This document shows positions 13,692 to 27,328 of a stretch of DNA of 64,000 nucleotides, piece after piece. Made by a program: the position numbers and the translations under genes. Origin of the DNA: the human T2T-CHM13v2.0 reference genome, Homo sapiens; assembly GCF_009914755.1 (NCBI RefSeq), contig NC_060934.1; one strand, written 5' to 3'. Numbering within the stretch: position 1 is the first letter of the stretch; each line of letters begins with the position of its first letter. The notes below the pieces were generated by a model. It did no database searches and had not been told where the DNA came from. It worked only from the letters and a program-made list of their open reading frames with translations.

Positions 13692-14080
13692 TGCTGATTT
13701 TCTACTTGTTCTATTGTTTGGTGTGAGAGGAGCGTTGAAGTCTCCAGCTATATTTGTGGGTTTGTCCATTTTTCCTTTCATTTGTCAGTTTTTGGTCTAC
13801 ATATTTTGAAATTTTGTTTTTAGGTGCATACATATTTAAGATTGTTATGTCTTCTTGATTAATTGACTCGTTTATCCGTTTGTAATTTCTCTCTTTACCT
13901 CCAGTAATTTTTTCCTGCTTTGAAGTCTGCTTTGTCAGGTACTAATACAACTACATCAGCTCTTGAATACTTATTGCTTGCTTTTACCACCTTTTTATAT
14001 GTAACATATGTCTTTATATTAAAAGTGGGTTTATGGAGACAGCACAGAATTAGAGCTAGAGTTCAACAATTTGTCTTTTG

Positions 14081-14266
14081 CATTGGAGACTTGGAAGGGT
14101 GAGAGAGGGGTGAAGAATGAGAAATTACTTACAGGTACAGTGTAGACTATTCAGATGATGGCTGCACTAGAAGCCCGGACTTCACCACTAGGCAGTATAC
14201 CCATACCACAAACCTGTGTGTGTGTCCCCTAAAATCTATTTTTAAAAATAAAAAAGAGATTAAAAA
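14081..14266 (+). mobile_element. L1PB4-like 3' end fragment
   Basis: cattggagacttggaagggtgagag...gaaattactt...aagcccggacttcaccactaggcagtat; flanked by imperfect TSD aat..gtctttt. Confidence 0.75.
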
Positions 14267-14650
14267 ATCGGTCTTTTAATCTGTGTGTTTAGGTCATTTC
14301 ATTTAATAACCATTATGTTTGCATTTAAGTCTACCATTTAAAGTTTGTTTTCTGTTTATCCTTTCTGTTATTTGTTCCTCTGTTTCCCCTTTTTGCCTTC
14401 TTTTTGGATTATTTAAATACTTTATTATTCCATTTTTCATGTATCTATTGGGGTTTTGACTATGCTGTTTGTATAGCTTTATGTTTTCCTTTATATATTT
14501 TTTACTTGTATTGTTTTATTTTTTTCCAATGAATATGCATTATTTGGACAATGAAGAAAGGCAAACCACAAAAGACAAAAAGAGAAAGAAGGACCTCCAG
14601 AGTGGGAGAATAACTCCTCGCCTGTCAGGTAGGTTACACTCACTGTGTGC

Positions 14651-14923
14651 ATCCCTGATATAAAATGGTGAAACATTTGCATAACCCATCCTCCCATGTA
14701 CTTTACATCATCTCTAGATTTACTTATAATAGCTAACATAATGTAAATGCTATGTAAAATAGTTGTTATACTGTATTGTTTAGAAAATAATGACCAGAAA
14801 AAAATTCTGTACATGTTCAATATAGAAGCAACCATTCTTTTTTGTTTTTTTTTCAAATATTTCTGATCTGTGGTTGTTTGAATGCACAAATGTGTGTAAC
14901 CCACTCCTATGGAGAGCTGACTG
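14651..14923 (+). mobile_element. MER2 (TcMar-Tigger) DNA transposon, 5' truncated
   Basis: tataaaatgg...catctctagatttacttataat...atgtaaatgctatgtaaaatagttgttatactgtattg; ends ggagagctgactg followed by TA. Confidence 0.85.
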
Positions 14924-15402
14924 TACTTGCTTTTCCAGACTCCTTCGCATGGAGGGCATGGACATGTGACCTAGATTAAGATGGCCTCAATGTTGAATTC
15001 GGGGCTAGTGGTGTGATGTAGTTGGTATTGCCCAGAATCCAATTTGTTGACAGGTAGTGACAGTGGCAGCCACTGCTCCTGGTTTCTAGATGTAGGATGG
15101 ATTCCAGTTCTGGGATCAACATCCAGCATCCTATCACTGCTGTTGGCTGTACAAGCTTTGGTGACAGCCTGGCAGTGGTGATGACTGCCATCACAAAAAT
15201 CATTCTGATGTGTGATTTGGGGCATTGTTAATATATGCCCGATTCATTATCACTTGTTCTGGAAATTCTGTGAGGTACTCATATTCTTTCCTTCTTTCTT
15301 TTTTACTCTTTAATGATACCTTTTAATGATGAAATAAAAGCTTACCCTCCTCACAATGCTGAATAGGAGGAAGTTTCCAATACAAATTCACTTGCCTTAC
15401 AG

Positions 15403-15822
15403 TTTTTAATTTTTTAAGTGGCAAATTAAAATTGTATACATTTGTGCTGTACAGCATGACGCTTTTATATGTGTGTACATTGTGAAATGGTGAATTCAAC
15501 CTAACCAATGTATCAATTACCTCACATACTTTTTATTTGCGGTGAGAAAACTTAAATCTCCTCTCTTAGCAATTTTTAAATATATAATACATTGTTATTA
15601 TTAGTAATTATATAGTCACCATATTGTACAATAGATCTCTGGAGCTTATTCCTCCAAACTAAAATTGTGTGTTCTTTGACCAGCATCTTCCAAGTCTCAC
15701 CTCTCCCCTCAGCCCAGAGCTACCATTTTACTCTCTGTCCCTATGAGTTCAACTTTTTTAGATTCCACATATAAGTGAGATAATAAGGTATTTGTCTTTC
15801 TGTACCTGGCTTATTTCATTTA
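15403..15822 (-). mobile_element. L1MA (MA6-8-like) 3' end
   Basis: tagtcaccatattgtacaatagatctctggagcttattcctcc...ttttttagattccacatataagtgaga. Confidence 0.85.
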
Positions 15823-15949
15823 TCCCATAGTTTTTCAAGGGATTTATTTCTACTTAAATCATCCAAACTCAGTTTCCAATTCTCGCAAATAAGGAAGCTC
15901 ACTAATACAAAATAGACCAGATTTGTAAGGGAAATTAACTGGGCAATTG

Positions 15950-16130
15950 TGCATTTACTATGCACCTAATAGTGTGCTAAGCATTTTATTTGCATTATCT
16001 TGGTGAATCTTCCCACTCATACTATGAGATAGATACTACCCTATTTGTTTTACAAAGAAGATAACCAAAGGGCAAAGAAATTAATTATTGTGCCCAAGGT
16101 CATGACTTCATTGGGACCTGGACTGGACCT
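15950..16130 (-). mobile_element. MIR SINE
   Basis: gcatttactatg...gtgctaagcattttatttgcattatct...ttttacaaagaag...tgcccaaggtca. Confidence 0.7.
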
Positions 16131-16568
16131 GATAAATACTGCTTTAATATTTAATAGTTGCATACAGTGGGCCTCTAGGACCATTTCCCAAAGCCTGTCT
16201 TTGGGTATAGTGTCAATAGAGTTGATTTGCCTGATCCTTAGCGTTCTTGGGGATAAGTCTTTGCCACCTCTAAAATCAGCCTTGAGTTGAGAGCATGAGA
16301 GACAGAAGGCTATGGGTAACCTTAAGTCACTGCAATGGCTAAAGGTGGCTCTGCACTCAGAAGTCAACTAGAGCACTAGAAGCCAACTATAACAACCTGG
16401 AAAGAGAAAACACGAACATGCAGCAAAGATACCCTTCTCAAAATAAAACAAATACAGTTGTTTTCTTCTTAAACATCAAAGCCTCTTATCAAAGAGGAAG
16501 TTCACACCTTCTCATGAGGTTAGAACAAATGTGATGGCATAAAATAAACCACATTTATAAATGCTATG

Positions 16569-16893
<325 letters not shown>

Positions 16894-16904
16894 ACTATGA
16901 ACAC

Positions 16905-17287
16905 TAAGGCAGAGATTGCTTTGTGTCCACCACAGGCTATTCTGTTCCTTCTGTATACACCACTAGAGTTCCATCACTCCATCTCAGGTAAGAGGCACCA
17001 TGAAATTGAGTGTTGATCCATGAGACTTCTAAGTGCATCTGATGCCATTCCACACTCTCTTTCCTCTGAAAAGAGAAACTCCAAAGATCCAGAGGAGGTG
17101 GAGCCACAGTTAGAGGGAGTCCGCATCCCTAATCTGTCACGCAAAAGAAAGTTACTCAGGAGAACCCCCGAACAAGGAATATTCATGATGGACTATTGTA
17201 TAAATGAGAAAATAAAGTGTTATTGTGTTAAGTCACTGAAATTAGGTAGTTGCTTGTTACAGTAGTTAGCTTGCCTTACCTGATACA
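16905..17287 (+). mobile_element. MLT1J-like MaLR LTR
   Basis: gagaaaataaagtgttattgtgttaagtcactgaaattaggtagttgcttgttacag...ctgataca 3' end. Confidence 0.7.
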
Positions 17288-17492
17288 AATGCCTAGTGTC
17301 CAAAGTGTTGTTTTACGGGGGTAGCTCCCTTTTCTTAACTCTAAAGATGCCTTATCCTGAAAAGCGAAGTTTAAAACAAATTTAAATACCAAAGGAACTC
17401 TTGTTTTTGGAAGCCTTACTCCATAAAATATAAAAAATATTAAAATACGCCATCATTCTATATGAAATATAATTTTTATACAGTAAAGTTTA

Positions 17493-17700
17493 CAGTAGTC
17501 CCTTCCATCTGAGGTTTCACTTTTCATGGTTTTAGCTCTCCACAGTCAACTGCAGTCCAAATATATTAAATGTAAACTCCAGAAATGAACAACTCATAAA
17601 TTTTAAAATATATGTTGTTCTGAGTAGCGTGAGGAAATCTCATGCCTGAGACATGACATCTCCCTTTGTCCAGCATATCTGTGCTGTATACACTACCCAT
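17493..17700 (+). mobile_element. MER44 (Tigger7 family) fragment
   Basis: TA then cagtagtccc...ggtttcactttt...ccagaaatgaacaactcataaattttaaa...ttctgagtagcgtgaggaaatctc. Confidence 0.8.
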
Positions 17701-17722
17701 ATATGGGGCAGCCATAGCCAAC

Positions 17723-18085
17723 TGTTTTAGTCCATTTTCTGTTGCTATAACAGAAGACCATAGCCTAGGCAGTTTATAAAGAATAGAGATTTATTTAGGT
17801 CATAGTTCTGGAGTCTGGGAAGTCCAAGAGCATGGCACTGACCTTCTTGCTGCATCATAACATGGTGGAGGGCATCACATAGAGTAAGAGTGTGGTAGCT
17901 CAGATCTCTCTTCCTTTTCTGATAAAGCCACTAGTTCTGTCGTGGAGACTCCACCTTGATCACCTTATCCAATCCCAATTACCTCCCCAAAAGCACTACA
18001 TCCAAATTCCATCCACATATAAATTTGGGGATTTATTTTCTAATACAAAAAAATTGTGGGACACCTGCTCATATCTTGGACAGCC
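17723..18085 (-). mobile_element. MSTD/MLT1A-like MaLR LTR
   Basis: tgttttagtccattttctgttgctataacaga...catagttctggagtctgggaagtccaagagcatggca. Confidence 0.8.
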
Positions 18086-18729
18086 ACCTGTTGATGGCAT
18101 CAACAGTCACTATTGATGATAGTGGGAAACTAACAAGGCAATACAAAAATCCTCTGGGGTGAGAAGATGAAGGAAATTTGTGAGCTGACTGTTTAATCTT
18201 AGGCTGTCTCTCCTTAACTTCCTCCTCCCTTGGCACCCTAGGCAAGGGTGTTAAAGTTGAAGAAGACACATACTGCTTGTCTCTGAGTTGAAAAATGAAT
18301 CTATGATCAGAGGAATTGATTAATATAGAGGCAGCAAACGGAAAGGGCCCACATGAGTCTCCAGTGGTTGAGGCTCTCTATCTTCCTTCTCCTTTACTTT
18401 GTAGACTAGGCCTGAATTTCAGCCCTTCCCTTCTACACATTATTGGACACAGTAGTTGTTATTGAGGGGACATGAGCTCTCAAGCTGAAAAACTGATATC
18501 CATGAAGCATAGTCACTTAAAAAAAATAGAAAATGGAATGGCATATATCAACCAAAGCAGAATCGTTAGAATTGATGATGCTCCACAGCCTGTCTCTGGG
18601 GCAAGTGCTCTTAACAGCTGTGTGTACTGCCCAGAGTCTGTCTACTGTACCCTGCAGATGCCAACTTTATGCCTGGATGCCTAGGTGCAGCTGAACCTAG
18701 ATATCCCACCTCTGCCCCCCACTCACTAA

Positions 18730-19071
<342 letters not shown>

Positions 19072-19117
19072 GATTCACTACCTTTTATGGTGACTCTGCC
19101 CAGACTGATATATTTTA

Positions 19118-19196
19118 ATAAAATGTTTCTTGTCCCCTGCATAGATGTGATGTCACTGTCAGTTGACATCCATCCAGGGGACAAGAAACATTTTAT
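19118..19196. repeat. Inverted repeat / hairpin with perfect 22-bp arms
   Basis: ATAAAATGTTTCTTGTCCCCTG (19118-19139) is the exact reverse complement of CAGGGGACAAGAAACATTTTAT (19175-19196). Confidence 0.95.
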
Positions 19197-20940
19197 ATAA
19201 GCCTGATCAAAGAAATTTTATAACAGCCTGGGCAGGTTCTCTTCACCTGCCCTGCCTTGAGGAGGAGTCTTGCCCCTGGAGGGCAAGGCTACTCTCTTCC
19301 TACTTCCTCCTATGCTATGGCTGGCCTTGTTACCCCTCCTTGCCCTCCAATCAATCCCCTAGTCTTGAGAGACAACAGTCTTGTCTGCCAAGGACATGAG
19401 CTTCTTTTAAATCGGGTCAATGCCAGCTGAGATAAAAGCTGTTTTACACTAAATAAATCTGAAGCCACACAGTGTCATGGTAAATAAAGAGAATTTCTCT
19501 TGCCTACCATGAAAACAGCCTCCACAGATGCTAAGAACGAGCATCACCCTATATATACTTCTCACAACAAAAGATCAGCGAACCCAAGCTGAGGATCGAG
19601 ATTTCCCCTTTACTTTTCTTATCTGTTTTATGTGGTAGCTCTTGATTCAGAGGCTAGCCTGGTGGGTGAGCATAGAATATGGGGATACCTGATCAGCCTG
19701 GGCCAAGGGTCACTAAAAGACTGGTGAATGTGTGACAAAGTGCTGGGGGCTGCTATCAATGGGCAAGTGGATGACAGAAGAGGGTTATGTCAGGAGAGCC
19801 ACACTCAGCTGTCCGGGCAGGCAGGAGTGTAAGGGGGGGTAGGGCAGCTGCACTTGCTCTGAGGGCCTTTTTAAAACCTTGCCCTGCTGAGAAACTTAGT
19901 TCCTGATTCCTCCTCAGCTGTAGGCTCTCAAAATGGGAATTCACTCTCTGAGGGCCTCTTTGCTGTCTGCAGAACTTAAACGGAGTTCATCTCATCAAAT
20001 AATGTTTCCTGAATCGCTGAGATCTTTCACATGAAGAGTGGGTCGCTGTGATGAGAAAAGATGTTTAAAGGAGTCGTGGAGGAAATCAGCTGGTATGTAC
20101 AGTGATAAATGACGAGGGTGAGTGCTGGGAACTCTGTAAAGCTTGTCACAAATTAATCCTTGGAGCTGGCACAGGATTAATGACATTTCCAGAGAGCATA
20201 ACTTGAAGTTGATTGGGCATCTCACATCCTTTGAAAGTAAGCTCTTCTCTTAAAACATTAAAAAATAAAATAGAGAGGATCTGACCAAGTGAGAGCTGCA
20301 AAAATGGTCTGGCTGCTGACACACCCATCTAGCATCACTCAGGATGAGCAATGTGTCTATTCGAAGTGTTTTTGAGACACAGACAGTGAGATGGCCAAAC
20401 CGGTAGCTGACAAACTGGATAAGCATGTGATTCTCCCTCTTGAGAGGGATGACATACATTTGAGTACATGTAAGACTTGTTTATTAAAATATTGAGCTGG
20501 CAGGGCTGCTGAAATTACTTAAACAGAAGATTCACTAAGCTATGGAGCAGCCAGTTCACCTCCCAACCCACCACCCCTTCGGCTACCAGAACCCTCTGCT
20601 GTGGGCCACCAGGCAGGCCAGGCTCTGGGGCTGCCCAGTTGTCATGAGAAATCCTGACACATGCAGTCTATGGCTATTTCCAACCATGGTCTTCTTTCTT
20701 TGCTAAAGAGTGATAAAAGAGGTAGCCAGGACCATTTCAAGGGCAGATGCAGATTTTGTTGCTCCTGGGGCTAGGTAAACAAGAACAACAGTATCACCAC
20801 TTACTACTCAGAATAACACTCCCAATGCCATGAGCCAGAATCAAATGTCAGTATTCACTTGCCCAATTGAGCATTTTCATGATGACAGCCTTTTATCATT
20901 CTTGTGAAGATTTTAATGTAGCCAATTTTAAAAGAGCGTT

Positions 20941-22230
20941 TTTTAAAAAAAGTTTTCATTTTGAAATAATGTTAGGTTTACAAAAAAAAGTTGTAAAGAG
21001 AACACAGAGAGTTCCCGTATACCCATCACCCAGATTTTCCTAAGGTAAACTTTTATATGACTGTAGTTCACTTGTCAAAACTAAGAGATAAATATTGTTA
21101 CATTACTATTAGGGAAGCTCCAGACTATTTAGATTTCAGTTATTTTTCCACTATTTTTTGTTTGTTTCAGGACCCCATCCAGTACACCACATTGTCTTTA
21201 TGTTGTATATTTTCATAATCTCTGGACTGTATCAGGTTCCCAGTCTCCCCTTGTTATTTTATGACTGACTTTGTCATTTTTGAAGAGTAATGTCAGATAT
21301 TTTATAGGATGCCCCTCAATTTGGGTTTCTTGGATGTTTTCCTTATATATAAACTGGGATTATGAATTTGGAGAAGAATATCACAGAGATGAAGTGCCTT
21401 CTTGTCACAACCTATCAGGGGATACACGCTAACAACACGACTTAACCACTGAGGGTAGTAAATATGCTTACTTAGTTAAGTTGGTGTCTGCCAACTTACT
21501 ATTTTCCTATTTCCATATCCTGTTTTATAGAAGTGTCACTAAGTCCAGTCCATATTCAAGGTTGGAAGGGAATTAAACTTTATTTTCTGAATACAGGAAT
21601 ATCTACCTATATTATTGTCAATTTTGTAAAGAAGATATATGTCTTCCTCTGTTACAAAAATATGTAATATACATACACATATTAGTATGTGTATTTATTT
21701 TATACTTTGAGTTATGATCCAATGCTATGCTAGTTATTTTGTTGCTCAAATTGTTCCAGCGTTAGCCATTAGAATCTCTTTCAGGTTGATGCCTGTGTCC
21801 TTTTGACAGCACCCCATCCTTTTGTTTTTTGGGGGCACTTCCTTGCCTTCTGGTATTATACCATGTTCCAAGATCATACTGTATTTTGTCTTCCCTAGTT
21901 GTAGAATCAGTCTTTTCTCCAAGGAACCCTGGTTTCTTTTATTGGAGAATGATATTAGAAACCAAGACCTGGGCACGAGTATGCTTATGGCTATTGGGAT
22001 GCCATTTCTTCTAGGCCTTCACAAGAACAGAGCTAAGAAGACTCATGCATGTATTCTAACGTATGTATACATAATATCTATACTTGTTTCTGTGTCTATC
22101 TGTATCCCTATGTCTGTTTCTACCAAGCTACATGTGAGTTGATACTGATGTCTAACTAATCAAGTAAGGTTCATTCTCACATTTCCCCCTTGCTGGTTTG
22201 TAACATCATTCTCTGAAAGAAACCTGGTTT
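20941..22230 (-). mobile_element. L1MC3/L1MC4-like 3' region
   Basis: ttttgaaataatgttaggtttaca...gagagttcccgtatacccatcacccag...tcaaattgttccagcgttagccatt...ttctccaaggaaccctggtttcttttattggagaatg. Confidence 0.8.
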
Positions 22231-22594
22231 GGAAGATGAAAGATTCTGATATTCTCTTATTTTTGTTTGTGTATGGAATAATTGGATCCTTTTCCATCTA
22301 TCTGAGCATTCAGGCTTATCCAAGATAAAGCTGTCAATGGTTTATCCAAAAGTGCTGACCCCATAAGAAAAGTATAATCTGTATACATATTGATGACTAG
22401 AGATACTAATGGAGTCCAATGTGCCCTCTGACACGTCATAGGAAATTTTATATTCTGTTCAATGTTATCTGCAACACTATTTTCTTATTTCCAAATTCCC
22501 TGCAAATGAGTAAACTCTCAAAGGAGTGTGCAAATTTCATTCCAGCGTGGTAGGAGGCACGTATTAATATTGATTGAGCCTCTAAATATTTGAA

Positions 22595-22700
22595 AACAGT
22601 TTTATGGATATCCAGTAAACCATGCATATTTAAAGTGTAGAACTGAATAAATGTTTACATACATATACCTCTGTGAAACTATAACCACAATCAACATTGT
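22595..22700 (-). mobile_element. L1M 3' end fragment
   Basis: cagtaaaccatgcatatttaaagtgtag...catatacctctgtgaaactataaccacaatcaa. Confidence 0.6.
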
Positions 22701-23282
22701 AGTTGAGTTCACACATTAATTAAGCCAAGATAAGCTCTTCCATTCTATAAATGGGGTCCCACTGGGTAATGTGCCTATCTCTCTCTTTGAGAGACACAAG
22801 CCACTGGTTTCTGTCACCTCTGTCCAGACACAGCTGTTTTCTGGCTACTTATGGGAGCTTCCTGGTATTCTCTAGAGGAAATATGTTTCATATCACAGTC
22901 AGATTGAAGCTTCAGAATAGCGAAGAAAATTGACTCTTAGATGAGGAAGCACTAAAACAGAAAAAGAAATTTAAGAATTAGAGCTTCTGGGAGGAGAAGG
23001 ACACAACAGGCAGTACGGATTCCATTCTTCAGTTTTTTAAGTGAATTCATATCTAGCCCAATATCTGTAGTTAAGAACTTATAATTTTAAAAGTAGATAA
23101 AAAGTATATTTCATTAACTCAGTCCCTGAATATTTGGGATTTATGAAACAGATGTGGAGTTTTAAAGCCATGTCTCCTTAGCTAAGATGCCACACATAGC
23201 CATTTTCTTCTTTGTTAGCCTATAAACCTATCAAGGTCAAAAATGGTAACAGTGTTTCATTCTCTAATATGCCAAAATAATG

Positions 23283-23412
23283 GATTGATCTTGGGAAATT
23301 ATACAATTCTTCTAAGTTTTGATTCCTTCATTCCTAAAATGAGGACATTAATACCTGGCTAACATGGACTTTGTGGGCAGTGAATTAAATTACATGTGTA
23401 AGATTCAGCACT
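23283..23412 (+). mobile_element. MIR relic
   Basis: tgatcttgggaaattatac...ttccttcattcctaaaatgaggacattaatacct. Confidence 0.65.
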
Positions 23413-23499
23413 ACATAAACATGAAGTAGTATAATATCAGTTGAAGGTAGACTACAATTAAAGAAACATACTATCAACCTAAAACAACCACTAAAATGA

Positions 23500-23875
<376 letters not shown>

Positions 23876-24781
23876 TAATTAATTAAAAAGGAGACAGAAA
23901 AAGAGAAAGGGGGAAACAAAGAACAAAAGGGCAAATATAGGAAACAAAACAGTCAGATGATAGATTTAAACCTGACTACAACGATAATCACATTAAATGT
24001 AAATACTCAAAATGCCATGTTTAAAAGGTAGATTGTCAGACTGGATTTTTAAAATATCAAGGCTCAACTATAATCTGCCTATATGAAACACATTTCAAAT
24101 ATAGATACGCAAATAGCTAATATGGCATAGTAAAAAGGTGAGAGATAATATATACCATGCAAACACTAATCAAAAGAAAGCTGGCTTATCAGTATTAATA
24201 TCAGACAAGGTAGATTTTACAGCAAATATTATCAGGAATAAATAAGGTCATTTCATAATGATAAAGAGATTGCTTCATCAGGAGTACATAATCATTATAA
24301 ATATTAATGCAACTATCAAAACACATAAAACAAAAACTGATAGAACTGTAAGATAAAGTAGACAAATTTACAGTTTTAGTTGGCATAATTCAATATAAGA
24401 ATGTGGGGTTTAATATATCTTTTTCATAATGAGTAGAATAAGTAGACAAAATCAGGAAAGATGTAAAGTATTTGAAAAACACTATCAATTAACTTGACTT
24501 CATTGATGTTTATAGAATTTTCTAACCAACAACAGCAGAAGAGCAGAATACACATTCTTCTGAAGTAAACATATAACATTTATCAGGATCAATCACACTC
24601 TGGATTACACAAAAAAGTCTAAAAAATTAAGTATTTAAGTCACCCAAAACATCTTCTGAACACAATGGAATTAGAGATCAGTAACAGAAAAAATTCTTGG
24701 AAAAAAATATTCAAATAGGCAGAAATAAAAAAGTGTACTTTGAAAAACACATAGGCAGAAAAAGAAAGCAAAAGGGAAGTT

Positions 24782-25023
24782 AAAACCAAACACCGCATAT
24801 TCTCACTCATAGGTGGGAATTGAACAATGAGATCACATGGACACAGAAAGGGGAATATCACACTCTGCAGACTGTGGTGGGGAGGGGGGAGGGGGGAGGG
24901 ATAGCATTGGGAGATATACCTAATGCGAGATGACGAGTTAGTGGGTGCAGCGCACCAGCATGGCACATGTATACATATGTAACTAACCTGCACAATGTGC
25001 ACATGTACCCTAAAACTTAAAGT

Positions 25024-25061
<38 letters not shown>

Positions 25062-25083
25062 TAAATAAAAAAATTAAAAAAAA
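24782..25083 (+). mobile_element. L1PA2-like 5'-truncated 3' UTR with (TAA)n/A tail
   Basis: Near-identical to the young L1 3' UTR; GAG (tgacgagttag) rather than Ta-diagnostic ACA, and aaaacttaAagtataat. Confidence 0.9.
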
Positions 25084-25560
25084 GTATTTTGTGCTGAGGG
25101 AAAATAAAATACAACATATAAAAATTTGTGGAATACTGCTAAGACAGTCCTTATGGGGAAATTTACAGCATTAAATGACTATACTAGAAAAGAAGAAACA
25201 TCTCCAATTAATGGCTTCAGATTTCCCCTTTAAAAATTATTTAAAAGGACTGTAAAGTATGCAGAAAAAAGGAAATATTAATGATTGGACCAGAAAACAA
25301 TTAAAATCAATGCCAAAAAAATAGACAAAATGATTTACAGGTTCAAGGTCATCCTAATCATAATTCCAACAGATTTTTTTTGTAAACATTGATGAGCTGA
25401 TCCTAAAATTCATATGTAAATTCAAAGGCCTTAAGATCGCAAAAAACTCTGAAAAGAACAAAGTAGAGAACTAACATTAACCTAATTTCAAGATTTAATG
25501 TAAAGATACAGTAATCAAGACAGTATGGTATTGGTATAAAAATAGACAAATATATTATCA

Positions 25561-25614
25561 ATCTCATTTTTCACAGATTCTGTATTTACAAATTGGCCTA
25601 CCTGCTAAAATTTA
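25561..25614 (+). mobile_element. MER82-like (Tigger) terminal fragment
   Basis: tctcatttttcacagattctgtatttacaaattggcctacctgctaaaattta matches recalled MER82 5' end. Confidence 0.6.
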
Positions 25615-25796
25615 CAAGGGACCATGAGGACATTTTTGAGATAAAAGGTATTTTTATTATGTTGATTGTGGTTACAGTTTCATGGAGGTATATGTATGTC
25701 AAAACTTCAGTAAGAGTGGTTTCTATGTGAATAGACATCTAGGACCACTGCTTTTATGAAAGAGTTTAACCATTTAACAATGGGAGGAAGTCTAAC

Positions 25797-25977
25797 CAGT
25801 TGTTATTATTAACTTGGGGTTCTTAGAACCCCTAGAGGTCCATGGATGTGCTATAGGAGATTTGCAGGGAGATAAACAAGCAGTACATGGGCATACATAC
25901 ATTTTTTAGGGATGAAAGTCCATGATTTTCATCAGATTCTTAAGGGGGGCTGTAGGTCAAGAGAGCTTAAGAACTTT
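25797..25977 (-). mobile_element. Charlie4z-like hAT MITE
   Basis: ggtccatggatg...ttttttagggatgaaagtccatgattttcatcagattcttaagggg...ttaagaac. Confidence 0.65.
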
Positions 25978-26774
25978 TACATAAATAAGCAATCTCTAAT
26001 TATATAGGGAAAATATTCAAAATTTCTCAAGGTAACAAGATTTAGTCATTTAGTATAATTCAGGCACTGTTTCTAACATAGCCATTTGGGACACTAAAAT
26101 GGCTGAATACGGACTTGGACTTGACTGATAAGGGTTTTTATATTAACCAGATTTATATAAGCCAGTGAAATAGAAAAAAATTGATTAATTAGAATATTTA
26201 AATAGCCAAACTGTTTCCTGGCACTCAGTTTTTCCTGTGTAAGATATAAGTGATAAGAAAGAAAAGTATTATTCATTAGACAAAACAACTCCTTGGGAAT
26301 GTTATGAGGTCATGAGGCTTCTGTGTCTTTGGTTCCTCTTGCGCAGAGTTACAGGTGGTCAGAAAGGTGACTCTGAGGCGTAATGTGGTCAAAGTCTTCA
26401 AAGATTAAACTTTCTAAGGCAGCAAGTTGGGCTGATGCATGTTAGAAAGATTGCAACAAGGATGGAAATAAAAAAGAGGTTTCTAGTTAACTCTCAAAAA
26501 GTGAGAAGGTTTAGTCTTTCATTTCCTAGCAACATTAGCTGGTCAAGGTTTTACAATAAGAGGGTCTATTTCCATAGTGTTTGTAGCTCACAGGATTCTT
26601 CACTGTTTTTTCCAGGTCTTATGTTGGCCCTTTGAGGATAGATGGCATTCAGATGAGGAGGGGATGCTCATTTAAGGATCCAAGGCTAAAGATTCATGGT
26701 GGTCTCAATGCCAAGAGAGGGAGAAATGGTTCCTAAAAACAGCAGCAGCAGTAACACAATAACGATTATTTCAA

Positions 26775-26890
26775 CACAACCACCGTTTCTGAACCACTTA
26801 CTCCATGCCAGATACCATGCTCTGCCCTTCTCCATCATTCCCGATAGGCAGCTAGGATGTCATCTCCTTCTGATAGAGGAACAGGGATTA
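26775..26890 (-). mobile_element. MIR relic
   Basis: tttctgaaccacttactccatgccagataccatgct...tgatagaggaacag. Confidence 0.5.
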
Positions 26891-27162
26891 TCATCCCACA
26901 CTTTTTAAAAATGGGGAACACAGGATGTGTGCTGAGCAATTGGAGTCTCATATTTAATTACCAGTGTCCCCCTCAGATGCACATGTATAGCACAGAGTTT
27001 GCTGTATTTTCTTTTTCTTCTGAGCATTTCAAAATATGTTAGGCGAACAGAATCACAGCACCACTGTGAGATCATTTTGTCCCTGAAATTCTCCCTCGTG
27101 AACCAGATTAGGCCTGCTCACTCTTGCCTGCTGTCTGGACATGGAGTTCTCACAATCATAGT

Positions 27163-27290
27163 GTAGTAGCTAACATTTATTGAGCACTTGCTGTGTGCGT
27201 GACCAGTAAGGTTGGCTATTTGAAAGTGCAACAGTGAATGCACTCTCATTATGTATATATTTATTCTAGGAAGTAGGTTCTTTTTCTTTT

Positions 27291-27328
<38 letters not shown>

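Larger units (their letters stand above)
9245..14460 (-). mobile_element. Old L1M (L1MB/L1ME class) 3' UTR plus most of ORF2, interrupted by four later insertions
   Basis: Minus-strand ORFs read as L1 ORF2 C-terminus (MKRCSTSLPIRKMQIKT) and endonuclease ([19 protein letters not shown]); many stops and frameshifts. Confidence 0.88.

Noticed and set aside
14491-14904. 137-aa minus-strand ORF
   Set aside because: Antisense reading of non-coding MER2 sequence; not a transposase.
14970-15340. Possible old LTR or lncRNA exon with AATAAA
   Set aside because: Looks LTR-like, but I cannot assign a family or boundaries; no splice evidence.
24640-25002. 120-aa minus-strand ORF
   Set aside because: Standard antisense translation of the L1PA 3' UTR.
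24782-25083. Active human-specific L1HS-Ta insertion
   Set aside because: Lacks the ACA and G diagnostics and is only a 3' UTR fragment.
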